DNA of 64,000 nt. Origin: Guillardia theta CCMP2712. Taxonomy: Eukaryota > Protista > Cryptophyta. The stretch is from contig NW_005434649.1 in NCBI RefSeq assembly GCF_000315625.1, positions 562,968 through 626,967 of the forward strand, read 5' to 3'. Shown here piece by piece: positions 12,166 through 23,237 of this stretch. The notes beneath the pieces are model-generated. The model had not been told where the DNA came from and ran no database searches. It was given only the letters and a program-made list of their open reading frames with translations. The translations under genes were made by a program, and so were the position numbers. Within the stretch, counting starts at the first letter, position 1. Every line of letters starts with the position of its first letter.

Positions 12166-14207
12166 TCACTTCCCTTTCCGCCTGCGCATCAGGTCCTGCT
12201 GCAGGTCAGCGGCGGCCCTCTCCTCCTTCCCCTTCCTACCTTGACGTACCAGTCGTCTGCGTCCAAGTACGGATCGTACGATCCTTCATCTTGGGTGATG
12301 TCGGCCCTGCCGGGAAGGTTCAGGAGCTTTTAGCGCTACCAACAGCTCACCGTCCCATCGTGATCACTTCCAGTTCCTCCTGCAGCTCCGCAGCCTCGTA
12401 GTATCTCTCCTCCCGCACTGCCTCGACGATCGCTGCCGCTATCCTCCCCCTCCGTGACTGCGGACTTTAGCTCAACCACCTACTCCTCCTCCTCTGCGCT
12501 GCCCTCACCTGGTTGGCAGCCAGCTGTGAAGCCGTCCCGTAATCCTCACGCTCCACGGCTCGTTGGATCATGACGATGCTGTAAAAGTATCTCACAATCC
12601 TCCTCTCCCTCCCCTTGTCGTCACCGTCTCTCGACTTCATCCATGCCCGGCAGCACCAGGTCCTCCAGCTCCTCCTTGGTCGCCTTGCTGGAAGAAGGAA
12701 CTCCCTGCTCTGCGAGGATGAACCGGAGCTGCTCGACGCTCATTGCCAGCAGGTCGGAAGCCTTCATCTCCCACGTCTTCTTCCTCAACGCCTGCCCGAG
12801 CACACCAAGATCACCCGCTGCAGTTTTCCCAGGGGAACCAACTGAGTCTCACCTCCTCCCTTATCTTGGCGTTCTTCTGCGATTCTCGCACTCTAAACAT
12901 GAACTTCTCGGCCGTCTTGGGCGTCCGCCATGCAACAGGCTGAGATCCGTCGATTGAAAACTTATTGCTGCAGGAACAAGTCAGAGGCCCGAGCCCTTCC
13001 CCCCTCCTCCCTCTACCGCTCCCCCTCGTCGCCCAGGTTGACGATTCTGCAGCACGTTTCCTTGTAGATGTCCTTCCTGATGTAGACTGGGCTGCCGAAC
13101 TTGGTCGCAAAAGCAACGGACGCGGCAGGACTGGCGACCATCCTCATCGGCTGGTCCGTCCCCTCCAACTCGCCCCTTCCGAAGAGGATGCTTCCTCCCA
13201 GTGTGATGGAGCTCCCATCATAGAGCGAAGGAACCTGCCCGACGCTCTCACTTTCTCCTCTAGCAAGAATGGCCAACCTCATCGATCATCACTCGGTACG
13301 GCGAGCAGGCGGCAGCTTCCCACAGCCTCTGGATGACCTGCGAGGGTTCAGCAAAGGAAAGCAAGATCCACGACGTTGACGCACGTCAAGAGGACTGCGG
13401 AGGTTCGTCTCGCGATTGATCATCTCTACCGCCGATCGTCGCGCTTCAGGGCCCAAGTCTTCGAAGGGGAGAGCGTCCCAGAGGGGCCTGGGAAGGGCTA
13501 AGGAAAGGAAAGTGCGCGACATGTTTAAGCTGAACCAACTTTGTGGCGACGACAGCCTGAGACTTTTCGAGCAGAGACAGGCACCGATTTGACACCTTGT
13601 TTGAAATGACCTCCTCGAAAGAACGAAGACCTCCTAGCAACGTGACCTCCTCTGCCAGTCAACACTCTTCATCAGTCAAACTTGCCATGCCCACATCATC
13701 ATCCTCACCCTTCGATGCCACAGGGATCGGGACTGCTCTGCGTTGCCCTGAGACGGTGAAGCTGTCTGATGTCGCTATGCGTGACTGCAGACCAAAACCA
13801 TCCTCCCCGAACTCCAAGGTCGGAGCGAGGAAGACCAGCGGGTCGTTCCTGTCTATAAGGAGGTTGGAACCAACAAGACTGACGGCCAAGAAGTCCTTCA
13901 TGTCCTCATTGAAGCTTGCAGTGATCTTCGTTGCGCTGCATGCTCGATGAATCCTCGTCCAGGCACGAGGTTGAGTCGAGAGCCTCTGCTGAGGGAGCGC
14001 GACTGGGGCCAGGAAAGAGCATGAGGGTTGGAGGCAGGCAGCGAAGACGATCAGCGACCAGCAGACAGACGAGGGAGCTGAAGAAGCGTGTTGACAACAG
14101 GCAGGTAGAGATGTTGATGACGAAGCAAGGTCTCCCCTATCACTCCTCCTTCTCCTCCTCCTCCTCCGCTCGGTGAGCGTTGCCGCCTTCCCCGCAACCC
14201 CTTCCAT
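12166..14207 (-). CDS. Probable plastid-targeted bifunctional-nuclease (DUF151)-like + UVR-domain protein
   Basis: Hydrophobic stretch ending SCSF-LAP; ASVAFATKFGSPVYIRK resembles the DUF151 C-terminal motif; AVREERYYEAAELQEEL is a UVR motif; tail reads DITQDEGSYDPYLDADDWY. Confidence 0.6.
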
Positions 14208-14524
14208 GGCGCAAACAATCTTGCGCCTGTAGTACCCCCTTTCTTTACCATGAAATTACCCCCACCCCCACGAGAACCAGATCTCCGCCGAGTTCACTTT
14301 TTCGCTAGTTCACTAGTAGTGACTCGATCAGCAGTAGATGCGCACGCGGCAAGGGATATCCCTTGTGTCGGATATCTGTTAATGTATCACTTGACGTTGT
14401 TTATCTCTATTGATGTGCGTTGTTTATCTCTTGATGTGCCATTTCGCGTTATGTATCAATTAGTATATCATTTCATTGTTGTTTACCTACTAGTCACAGT
14501 GTATCATCTAGGCTTCAGCAGGTG

Positions 14525-16810
14525 TCACTCACCACGCAGGTTCCTCCAGGTGACATACTTGCGATGTCCAGATCCGATCTTGATGTCATGCATGTCCTTG
14601 GGGATGAGGAGAAGCTCACAGACATGCCCCTCAAGACCGAGGTTGTAGGCCTCCTGGCATACGAGGCACAGGTGGATGGCGACGTCCCGATAGCCTGCCG
14701 TGCTCCATGGGTCTAGGTCGGGATCGAGACGGTTCTTGATCCGCTTGACGGAGATATCCTGGTCGAGCTTGATGCACCTTACCGCGACTATGATGTCTTG
14801 TATATGCTCGTAGACGATGCTCTCTCGACAGACGTCGACTAGACGAGACGAGTCTCCGTCGTAGCACCGCACGACCTTCTCGACGCCTCGGGACGTTGAC
14901 TTCTGCTTGCTCCACTCCACCTCTGCGTACTGCAGGACGTTGCCAGCTTCGAGCTCGCACTCGATAGTCCCACCGTCAGAGGCCGACCGCCTTAGCTTTC
15001 GAAGACTTCGGTCATTGCCGGGCTTTCGCTTCAGAAGCCCATTGGATCTCCGAGCGATCTCGTACACTTTCCTTCGGAACACGTTTTGTATGATAGTCGC
15101 ATGCAGGTAGATCTGATCGAGACTTGTGACTGGAGTGATCCAGTCATCTTGACTTGTTGCTGATCCAAGCCTCAGCATCGTTGAGATCGAAGTGCGTGCT
15201 GTTCCTGATGGCTGATTCTTGTCTGTTGCTGCAGATCGCTTGGTCGGGATCCCGGCAATGAGAGCGCTAGGTAGCCAGGAAGAGACCGAGCTCTTGCTAC
15301 CTTCTTTCTGCAAAGGCTCATCAGGAAGTCTACGTCTAGTATGACGTGGAGGATCCTGTGAGCTCCATGTGAAGTGCTGAATGAATCCAAGCTCCTTGCT
15401 CAAGGCTTCGAGGTCTGCAGGAAGGAAGTTGCTCTTGTAGACGCTCTCATACCTCTCGAAGTCTGCCTTCATCATGCTACGGCTCCTTGACCGAACTGAT
15501 ATGAGCCATAGCTTCGCCAACCCAGCGATGACAAGCGGCAAAAGTCCCTGAAAGATGAGGTTGGTAAGTACAAAATCCCTGATCCCAAAGACAAGATTGC
15601 AGATCTGATTGACAGAGTTTCCGAGGCCGATGAGAGACAAACCCAACAGAAGTCGCGTCTCCTGATGTAGCAAGACGACAGAGAGGGTGCCAGTGATCAA
15701 TTGAAACACTCGGGTCGCACAGATCACTGCTCTGGAAGTGACAGTATCACCAGGGCTCATCTCAAGAAAGATGGAGGGCACAATCGCGATGTACAAGACG
15801 TAATATCCCGCGATCAAGCTGTACTTGGCGATGACATAATGCTGCGAGACCAACGCCACAAGCACTGCGACGAAAAACAACAGAGAGACGCAGTTGGTAG
15901 ACAACCAGATCTGATCGTAGATTCCTCCGTCCTGCGTCGGACCTCTCTGCATGCAATACAAGGCTCGGGACCGTGAGACTCGCTCCAGCTCTCCGCTCCA
16001 GCTCTGAGCAACCCACCCGTCTCCTCGGTCCGTCTCGAGGACAAACTCCGTCCACAGCATGTCGCTGTCGGCAAGGCCGGGGGAAGCCACGAAGTAGATG
16101 CCATTCCAACGCACGTCCTCGCTGCAGCTCAAGCGCATGGCCTCTGCTGTGGTCGTCAAGTTACAAGGCACCCACGTCAGAAGCCTCTCGTTCATCATCA
16201 GCCCCGCAGACTGGACCTGAAAAGCTACTGAGCGACCATGATGCGACTCTCTGACGTTGAAGTGCGACAGTCGGAGCATCGACCAGTCGTAACCTTTCTG
16301 CATCGAAGAAATGCGTGTTGCCAACCTGCTGGTCTGGAAGCCAAAAAGAGCAATGTCTAGCAGAACAAAAATAATCATCTGCCATTTGGTGAGAGCTGCA
16401 AGGAAAGGCTTGACAGTGAACAGAACGCTCAAGTTAGGCGAATTTTCAAGGCCTTCGATCATGTTCTTCACTTTGATGTCCAACGATTGCAGCGACTGGA
16501 CAGATGCCTTCTTGCATATCCCCTCCAAGTCCAACACTCGCTGCTGGAGGAGCGAGATCGTTTCCTCGAGCTGGGAAGGCTGAACTTCACCGCCGACGAA
16601 GTCATCCAGCTGAGACGAGGAGGAGGATGGCCGGTTAGAGGCCTCGCATTGATGGAGGGGGGGATGAGCTTGTACGTGGAGGGGCTTGCGGTCTGTGGGA
16701 GGCCCTTGAAACTGAGGAAACGTAATACTCGATTCAGACAACAGGTCAACGTCGTAAATCTTCAAACAACATTCGGCTGAATGAAGGCACTTGTCTCGGT
16801 CCATCGTCAT
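14525..16810 (-). CDS. Intronless multi-TM membrane protein with a C-terminal RelA/SpoT-synthetase-like nucleotidyltransferase domain
   Basis: 761-aa ORF with 1+5 hydrophobic helices. C-terminal motifs KSTSRGVEK..Y.GD..RL.D..R, RIKNR, GYRD and HVCELLL. Confidence 0.8.
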   Translation of the reverse strand: MTMDRDKCLHSAECCLKIYDVDLLSESSITFPQFQGPPTDRKPLHVQAHPPLHQCEASNRPSSSSSQLDDFVGGEVQPSQLEETISLLQQRVLDLEGICKKASVQSLQSLDIKVKNMIEGLENSPNLSVLFTVKPFLAALTKWQMIIFVLLDIALFGFQTSRLATRISSMQKGYDWSMLRLSHFNVRESHHGRSVAFQVQSAGLMMNERLLTWVPCNLTTTAEAMRLSCSEDVRWNGIYFVASPGLADSDMLWTEFVLETDRGDGWVAQSWSGELERVSRSRALYCMQRGPTQDGGIYDQIWLSTNCVSLLFFVAVLVALVSQHYVIAKYSLIAGYYVLYIAIVPSIFLEMSPGDTVTSRAVICATRVFQLITGTLSVVLLHQETRLLLGLSLIGLGNSVNQICNLVFGIRDFVLTNLIFQGLLPLVIAGLAKLWLISVRSRSRSMMKADFERYESVYKSNFLPADLEALSKELGFIQHFTWSSQDPPRHTRRRLPDEPLQKEGSKSSVSSWLPSALIAGIPTKRSAATDKNQPSGTARTSISTMLRLGSATSQDDWITPVTSLDQIYLHATIIQNVFRRKVYEIARRSNGLLKRKPGNDRSLRKLRRSASDGGTIECELEAGNVLQYAEVEWSKQKSTSRGVEKVVRCYDGDSSRLVDVCRESIVYEHIQDIIVAVRCIKLDQDISVKRIKNRLDPDLDPWSTAGYRDVAIHLCLVCQEAYNLGLEGHVCELLLIPKDMHDIKIGSGHRKYVTWRNLRGE

Positions 16811-17563
16811 ACCGTACCGGGACTAGCTTACCTTGACATCCTCCTCCTCCTCCTCCTCCTCCTCCTCCTCCTCCTTGAAGCTGCTTCACGGCTCTCTAGC
16901 TCGCTGGTGATAAGACCCTTGCCAGTCAAACATCCAGAAATACAACCACGGGTCCTAGCAAGTTCATAGGAAGAAATCTTCCTTTCATAGCACTACTCTC
17001 TTAGTAAGGTCCTAGCAGACATTCTATCATCGAAGTAGGACCTCTTCCTAAGACCCTGTCATAGTAGCATATCCGAGTCATCTCTTGTGCTCCGGGGCGG
17101 GCCCGGAGAGCGAGCTGTTGATGAGGCGGACTTGCCGATTGAAATGTTGAGTATCGTCCATCGCGACCTCCACAATGCATCTCCTTCGTTGCTGCAGCGT
17201 TGCCGCTCAATGTTGGGGAGCATGGGAGTCACGATCCGTCGATTCCATGCTCCATGCTCCATGCTCCTTACCCCATGCTCAATCATCCATCATCCGTCCT
17301 CGCTTCCCTCCTTCCACTCGTATTCTACTGTTGTATCCTCATTTTTCTTGTATTTCTTGCCTTGTCAACCTCTCTCCTTCTCTCCCTATTGGCTGAGTGG
17401 ATCTGCTGCACATCCTTTTCCTCATGAGGTCTCAGGGTTGGGGATCTTAGAGTTTTATTATTTCCCTTCTCCTTTGGGATTCAGGTCTTTGAAAGAATCT
17501 TCCTTGCCCGTTGATGCCTAGTATCTGGTGTGCTTGCTTCTCACTCCTTCATTTACAGGAGGA

Positions 17564-19487
17564 ATGATGTCCTCTCTCCTCGTCGCCGACATCAAATCGT
17601 TCCTGAACAAGCACCGCACGAAGATTATTGCTTGCGCAGTAGGGGGGACCATGTTGTTGTTGTGGAACTCAGGGCGGCTCTTTCCGAGTGATGACGATCT
17701 TGTGAAGTTTGTGAGACGAGAAATGGAGGAGGAGAAGCAGAAGAAGGAGAAAGAGGAAGGGAAGGAGGAGAAGGAGGAGAAGTACACAGAGGAGGAGGAC
17801 GATGATTTCGAGTTCCTCAGCAGATCCTTGATAGATGGAGACGGGCATGCAGCGTTCTGCCTGGAGCTGAAGAGGATCCGATCGAAGTTGACGCAGTTCT
17901 TCGACCTTGAAAGCCTCAGGGTGAAAGTTCAGGAGGCAGACAAGCTCCACCACCAGAATCGCTTCCTCTTCAGAAGGATGCTTGTCACCAGCAGCATCGC
18001 CAGGACCATCGCTGCTGTCTACTGCGTATGCGTAGCGAGAACCCTGATGCACTGCAAGCTCCTGCTCCTGCGGAGAGAGCACAACCTCACTCAGACGTCC
18101 TTGTCCTCCTTTCTTGGGCTGGACCAGGACAGCAATCACTTCCTGTCTATCCGCTGGGCCGACTCGATCTGCCAGGTGGTGCAGGAGGGAGTAGAGACTG
18201 CGTTCAAGGGTCTCTCAGACGAGCGTCTCCTCAAGTCGAGCATGGATGTGCAGGAGGTAGTGGGCAAGGTGAAGCAGTCCATCCTTGTGGCGGCCGAGCG
18301 GAAGGGATGGGGGACCGGGCTGATCCGAACTCCGTCCCCCCTCGAGAGGGAGCTGGGAGGAGGATGGCTGGGGCGACTACTGCTGGCGGACAACCGGTGG
18401 AGGATGAAGGAAGGCGAGCGGGGAGCTGGAGTATGCGACTTGGAGTGCTGGATTGTGGAGGAGCAAGTCGAGCAGCTTAACTCAAACCTTGCCCTGGTAG
18501 CTTAACTCTAACCTTGTTCTGCTCTTCCTCTCCCCGTTCATTCTCCCTCCCTCTTTCCTCCCTGAATAATCTTCAGGGCGCTCCATCTCCTTCTTCCTCT
18601 GTGTGTTCCTTCGCATTCCTCCCTCCGCACTGTTCCCGGTTGTCGCCTTCTTCCTTCCTTTCTCCTTCCCCATTTCTTCTCTCCTCTGACTTCCAAGACC
18701 ATCAGATGATAGGAGGGCATGGCTTTGACAGTTCGGCGAGTGGGGCGATCGACGTGGGGCTGGACTTGCTGACGAAGCAGGTGAGTGGATTTGAGGGTCG
18801 AGCAAGGAGGGAGCTGACGAGGCGACAGATTTCAACTCGGTTGAGCGCTGGGCATCCTGCTAGGGATATGAAGGGAGAGGAAGCCACACCGGTACCTGCC
18901 TCACCATTCTTCATGTTTGCCTCAGTCTTTCGACCTCCGTCCCCTCCTCCCTTCCTCCTCCTCCTCCCCATTCTGTTCCTCATCCTAACCCTCCTGCTTT
19001 AGTCGAGATCCTCCGACTCAGTCCCGTCAACGCCACAGGGCCACTTCTCCCTGCCTCCTTCGGTGAGCAGCCGGGCCTGGGAGGAGGAGGTGTTGACTTT
19101 CTGACGCAAGAACTCCTCCTCGTCGCTCGCCCATCCTATCACAAAGATCGTCCCAGTGATCTCAAACCAGTTTCTTGCCATTCTTTGCACCCGTAAGTTA
19201 CGATCCCTTCACTGTTCCTCCATTCTCACGCAGTCGGTCCCATCAGCATCGGAAAAATCTCCTTTCAGCAAGATTTTTTGCCCTCCTCCGCGGTATTTAC
19301 TCATCCTCTCACGCTGCCTCCCCAGCATCTTTGCGTTCTCAGCTTCATAACTTCGCTCCTCGATTCCTCCTTCCTCTCTGCACCAATTCGTTTTCTTCGC
19401 CTCTCCTCCGATGCCCTCCCTCCCGCTTTTTGGAGCTTAGATTTCAGCAGGAACATTCGCAATGCAATGTACAAGATCGAGATCTGA
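17564..19487 (+). CDS. PEX3: Peroxin-3
   Basis: N-terminal FLNKHRTK followed by a TM helix; RTIAAVYCVCVARTLMHCKLLLL and ITKIVPVISNQ match Pex3 conserved helices. 3' exons are approximate. Confidence 0.75.
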
Positions 19488-19590
19488 TGTACATAGACCG
19501 ACGAGACTCCTGGGTCTCTCCTTATCATGAGCTTGTGCCACTGCCTCCCACACCTTTCTCCTTCCCTGCCTGAATTCCTGCAATCTCCTC

Positions 19591-19722
19591 CCTTCCTTGC
19601 CCTTCCCTTCCCTTCCCTTCCCTTCCCTTCCCTTCTCGTCCCTTCCCTTCCCTTCCCTTCCCGTCCCGTCCCTTCCCTTCCCTTCCCGTCCCTTCCCGTC
19701 TCCGCTCGGCTCGGCTCGGCTC
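19591..19722. repeat. (CCCTT)n / (CTCGG)n pentamer microsatellite
   Basis: Seen directly. Confidence 0.9.
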
Positions 19723-20005
19723 GACTTCTCTTCAAAAGAAAATGCAAAGTTGCAAGTTAAGATCTACAGTCTCAATTGGTTGAACATCAGCAAACATTCG
19801 TGAATGGATGGTTCGACTCAAGGAGACATCTTTTTTTTTTACGCATGCTTCGCTCCTTCACACATGAACCAACAAGATCTTGAACTCTCAACATGTCTTG
19901 GTGACATGCTAGAAACAGATCATTACACCCACGAGGGACCGGATGTTGCCGGGCAATGAGATGATGCAGATGCGACGAGGGCTTTCAATTCATTCCATCA
20001 ACTCA

Positions 20006-21229
20006 TCAACTCTCCTTCGGCGTTCTTTGCTTCCTGTTCTTCTTTTTCAGCGACAGTCCTTCTCCTTTCACTGATGTTTTCTCCTTTAGTTTCCCCTCCT
20101 TCTTGCCAAGAGATTTCTTCTCAAGTCTGTTGGTGGTAGCGACGTCAGCAGCATGTTCCGAAAGTTTCTCTCCCCTGTCGTCTCCTTCCTCAACCATTCC
20201 TTCTTCTGCATCTCCCTCACTTTCTCCTCCCTCCCTGCCGTCTCCTTGATCCGCACCATGAAGAACTTGCATGCTCAATTCAACGTAGCTCGTCGTGTTC
20301 CCGTCAATCACTGTCACGTTTCTCTTCATCAGCTCGCTGTAGTCTGCGAAGACAGTGCCCGAGTCTCCTCCGTCCTCCTCCTCCCCCCTCTTGCCTCCCT
20401 CCTGCTACCGGGGAAGCACATCAGCGTAACGGCCCTGCCCACAAGCATGCTCCTTCACCGTGTCTTCCCAAGCAGCCGCCTTCAACTTGAGGAACTCGTC
20501 GATGGTCACTAGCTCATCATGATCGCTGGAGTAAAGAGGAACGTCTGACGTAGTGGGACTGATAGCAAGCTTTCAGAACCTCCACGGACTCTTCGCTTCT
20601 CAACAGCCTCACCCTCTTGCCTTCCTGAACAGGTACGACCTGAAGAGCTCTTGGGGAAGTGCGTCCCCCTCGAAGTCCATGCCGTCTGGAGGAAGACGCG
20701 TCATCCTCTCTTTCCTGATCTCCTACGACACGATGAGAGGTTGGGAGGAGGACAGAGCTGTCGACCTCGAGGAGGAGAGGGTCGAAGAGGCCATGGCGCT
20801 CTTTCCAGGCCGCTCTCTGCCTGTCAACACTCCTCACTTGCAGAGCAACTCTCAACATGCACCTCATCCTCACACCTGCAGAACTCGAGATCACCTGCTT
20901 CACAGCTTAGGTCCTGAACAAGAGACGAGGAGGGTTGCCAACGAACTTGGATGGAACGGGGGAGGGTGCGCGGGGTATGTCGGGAAGCCATTCGGATCGA
21001 TCTTCTTGGAGGTGTACACGCGGAACCCGAGCTCGTCCCTCCAGTACCTCAGCTTCAATCTCCTCTTGTTCTGGCCTTTGTTCTCCCCTGAATCCGCCCC
21101 TCCTCTCAAGCGCAGGCATTCGTTTCCTGCTACCCCTCCAGCCTCTGAGTGCACTGGGCTACAGACTGTGCTCGCCCCGAGCACAGCACAACAAGCGAGC
21201 AACACGAGTCGTACACGCATGTCACGCAT
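20006..21229 (-). CDS. Nop10 (H/ACA RNP subunit 3)-domain protein with signal peptide, LRLRGG motif and C-terminal extension
   Basis: LRYWRDELGFRVYTSKKIDPNGFPTYPAHPPPFHPS|DLEFCR|QRAAWKERHGLF matches the Nop10 pattern L.YY....G.RVYTLKK.DP.G..T.SAHPARFSPDD..SR.R...KKRFGL. N-terminus is MRVRLVLLACCAVLGASTVCS. 3' end is approximate. Confidence 0.8.
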
Positions 21230-21611
21230 TCTCCTTCTTCCCCTCCTCCTCCTCCTCCCCTCCTACTGGAACGCCGCCATGCTGCACTAGTCGCATCAGA
21301 GAGGCATTTCAAGTCCCCCTCAGTTCAAGAGGTCATCAAAAACAAGAGACAGCAGCTGGGACTTCGGTCTTGTTGCTGGTGCAGAACCATAGCGGGTCAA
21401 GTTCGCTGACTTCAGTGACTTGTAGTTAGCTCCAGCGAGGCCGGCCCGCAATGTCGAAGCTCCGAAACCGCCATAATCGGGGACCCCTATCCCCCTAGCC
21501 TAGCAGCACTTTTTCCACCTTGCTTGCCCTGGGCTTTTCTGCAGTCGGTAGGTGGGGTAGTCAATGCCATGATGGGACAAGAGGGGGTACCGTACTCCTG
21601 TCCGCGCCGCG

Positions 21612-23237
21612 ATGGCTACACCGCCAGGAAGCAAGCATGAAAGAAAGATTGACAATGAGCAGGACTTGAAGGATACAATGGACAGAGAGATCAATCTCGA
21701 CATCGCTGACAGCCTCCTCCAGACGTTGAGAAAGCAAGAAGACGGGCCTGCAAAGCCACTGGTGCTGTCGTCGTACAACAACAAGGGTGGGGTCTTGAAG
21801 ACAACCACTTGCGTCGAGGTAGGCTTTGCTCTGGCAGAGATGGGATTCAACATTCTGCTGGTGGATCTTGACTCTCAAGGCTCTCTCACAAAGTCCTTGT
21901 TGTACCTGGAGGATCCTGAGAAGGAAATAACATTCTCCAAGAGAATACGTGTCGGCGGCCCGAATGGAGATCGCTTGCCAGTGGAGGATGACAACGGCTT
22001 GCCGATCATCAGAGAGGTCTTGAACGGTCTGACTGAGATAGTCAACCCAGAGGATACCGACACTATGCCCAAGAAGCTGACTCCAGTCCTCATACAGGAA
22101 CAAGGGCAGCCTGAATTCCTAAACCCTGATCCCTCGATGCGAGAATCCAATCCCACCCTGATGAAGAAGTTCGAGAAGCGTCGATTCGATAAGGCCTGCA
22201 AGATACAGCACATCATCTCCAAGAAGCGCGGCAAGGCTCAGGGATCTGTACACCTTGTGATCGGGCACCACAACACCTCACAGATATCGAATCGAATTGC
22301 TGTCGCAAATCAGTTCGAGAACGACGCTAGCTACCAGAGGATTCATGGGAGCGTCAATTGGCTGATCAGACAGGCAGCACAGGATGTCAAGGCAGACATC
22401 GTGATGGTCGACTTGAATCCGGACTCAAGCCAACTCAATCAATGCGTCATCATGCAGTCCGATTACCTTCTGTTGTCCACCTGGCCGGATCCTGACGGCA
22501 TCGAGTGCATGGTTGACCTCAATTGCCGGCTGATTCAAGGATTGAGGTCACAAAAAGATGACAACTATGATTCCCAGGACGAATACTATATGAAGAATCG
22601 ACAAGCTTGGATCCAGATGCAGCAAGACCTGTACCATCGCACCAGAGAGAGGATTAAAGATGTCAACGCTCATCTGAGGGTTGGGCCGAACATGCCGACT
22701 CTTCTTGGAGTTGCTGTTCACTCCAAAGAGCCATACCGACACCTCCGGGAGTCCGAGCAAATCCTCTCTGACAAGATCTTCAAGAAATACAGAACCCTGC
22801 AGGAAGACCTTCAAGAGAACGTATGGGTATTTGTCAAGCATGGGTCGATCCACACCATACGCAAGCTGACGGCTCGTTCAGGAACTTCAGGTGGTGGCTG
22901 CGAGATGACTATCAACCATCCCAAGGCACAGCACTGCCTTGGAGGAATATGGAACCATCAGACGCTCAAGTCACTGAGCAAATCGCTGAGAAAGCCGATC
23001 GCCAACATTAACATCCGAGACCTTGCTGGCCGTGAGCCCTCGGAGGAGGAAGTGATTCTCAAGGAGGAGTACTCTTCTAAGAACATCGACGACGCCATGA
23101 TGCATATCGCTGAGCACAGAATTCGGATGCATCGCATCGCCCGGGCGATTCTTCACAACATCTCCTTGAGCTTGACCCAGATCAGGCCTGAATTCCGACA
23201 CGACTGGACCAGCCCGGAACTGCTGACCGTTGACTGA
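21612..23237 (+). CDS. Intronless ParA/Soj/MinD-family (SIMIBI) ATPase
   Basis: Deviant Walker A NNKGGVLKTT, Walker A' LLVDLDSQGSLT, Walker B VMVDLNP, followed by QSDYLLL. Confidence 0.85.
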   Translation: MATPPGSKHERKIDNEQDLKDTMDREINLDIADSLLQTLRKQEDGPAKPLVLSSYNNKGGVLKTTTCVEVGFALAEMGFNILLVDLDSQGSLTKSLLYLEDPEKEITFSKRIRVGGPNGDRLPVEDDNGLPIIREVLNGLTEIVNPEDTDTMPKKLTPVLIQEQGQPEFLNPDPSMRESNPTLMKKFEKRRFDKACKIQHIISKKRGKAQGSVHLVIGHHNTSQISNRIAVANQFENDASYQRIHGSVNWLIRQAAQDVKADIVMVDLNPDSSQLNQCVIMQSDYLLLSTWPDPDGIECMVDLNCRLIQGLRSQKDDNYDSQDEYYMKNRQAWIQMQQDLYHRTRERIKDVNAHLRVGPNMPTLLGVAVHSKEPYRHLRESEQILSDKIFKKYRTLQEDLQENVWVFVKHGSIHTIRKLTARSGTSGGGCEMTINHPKAQHCLGGIWNHQTLKSLSKSLRKPIANINIRDLAGREPSEEEVILKEEYSSKNIDDAMMHIAEHRIRMHRIARAILHNISLSLTQIRPEFRHDWTSPELLTVD

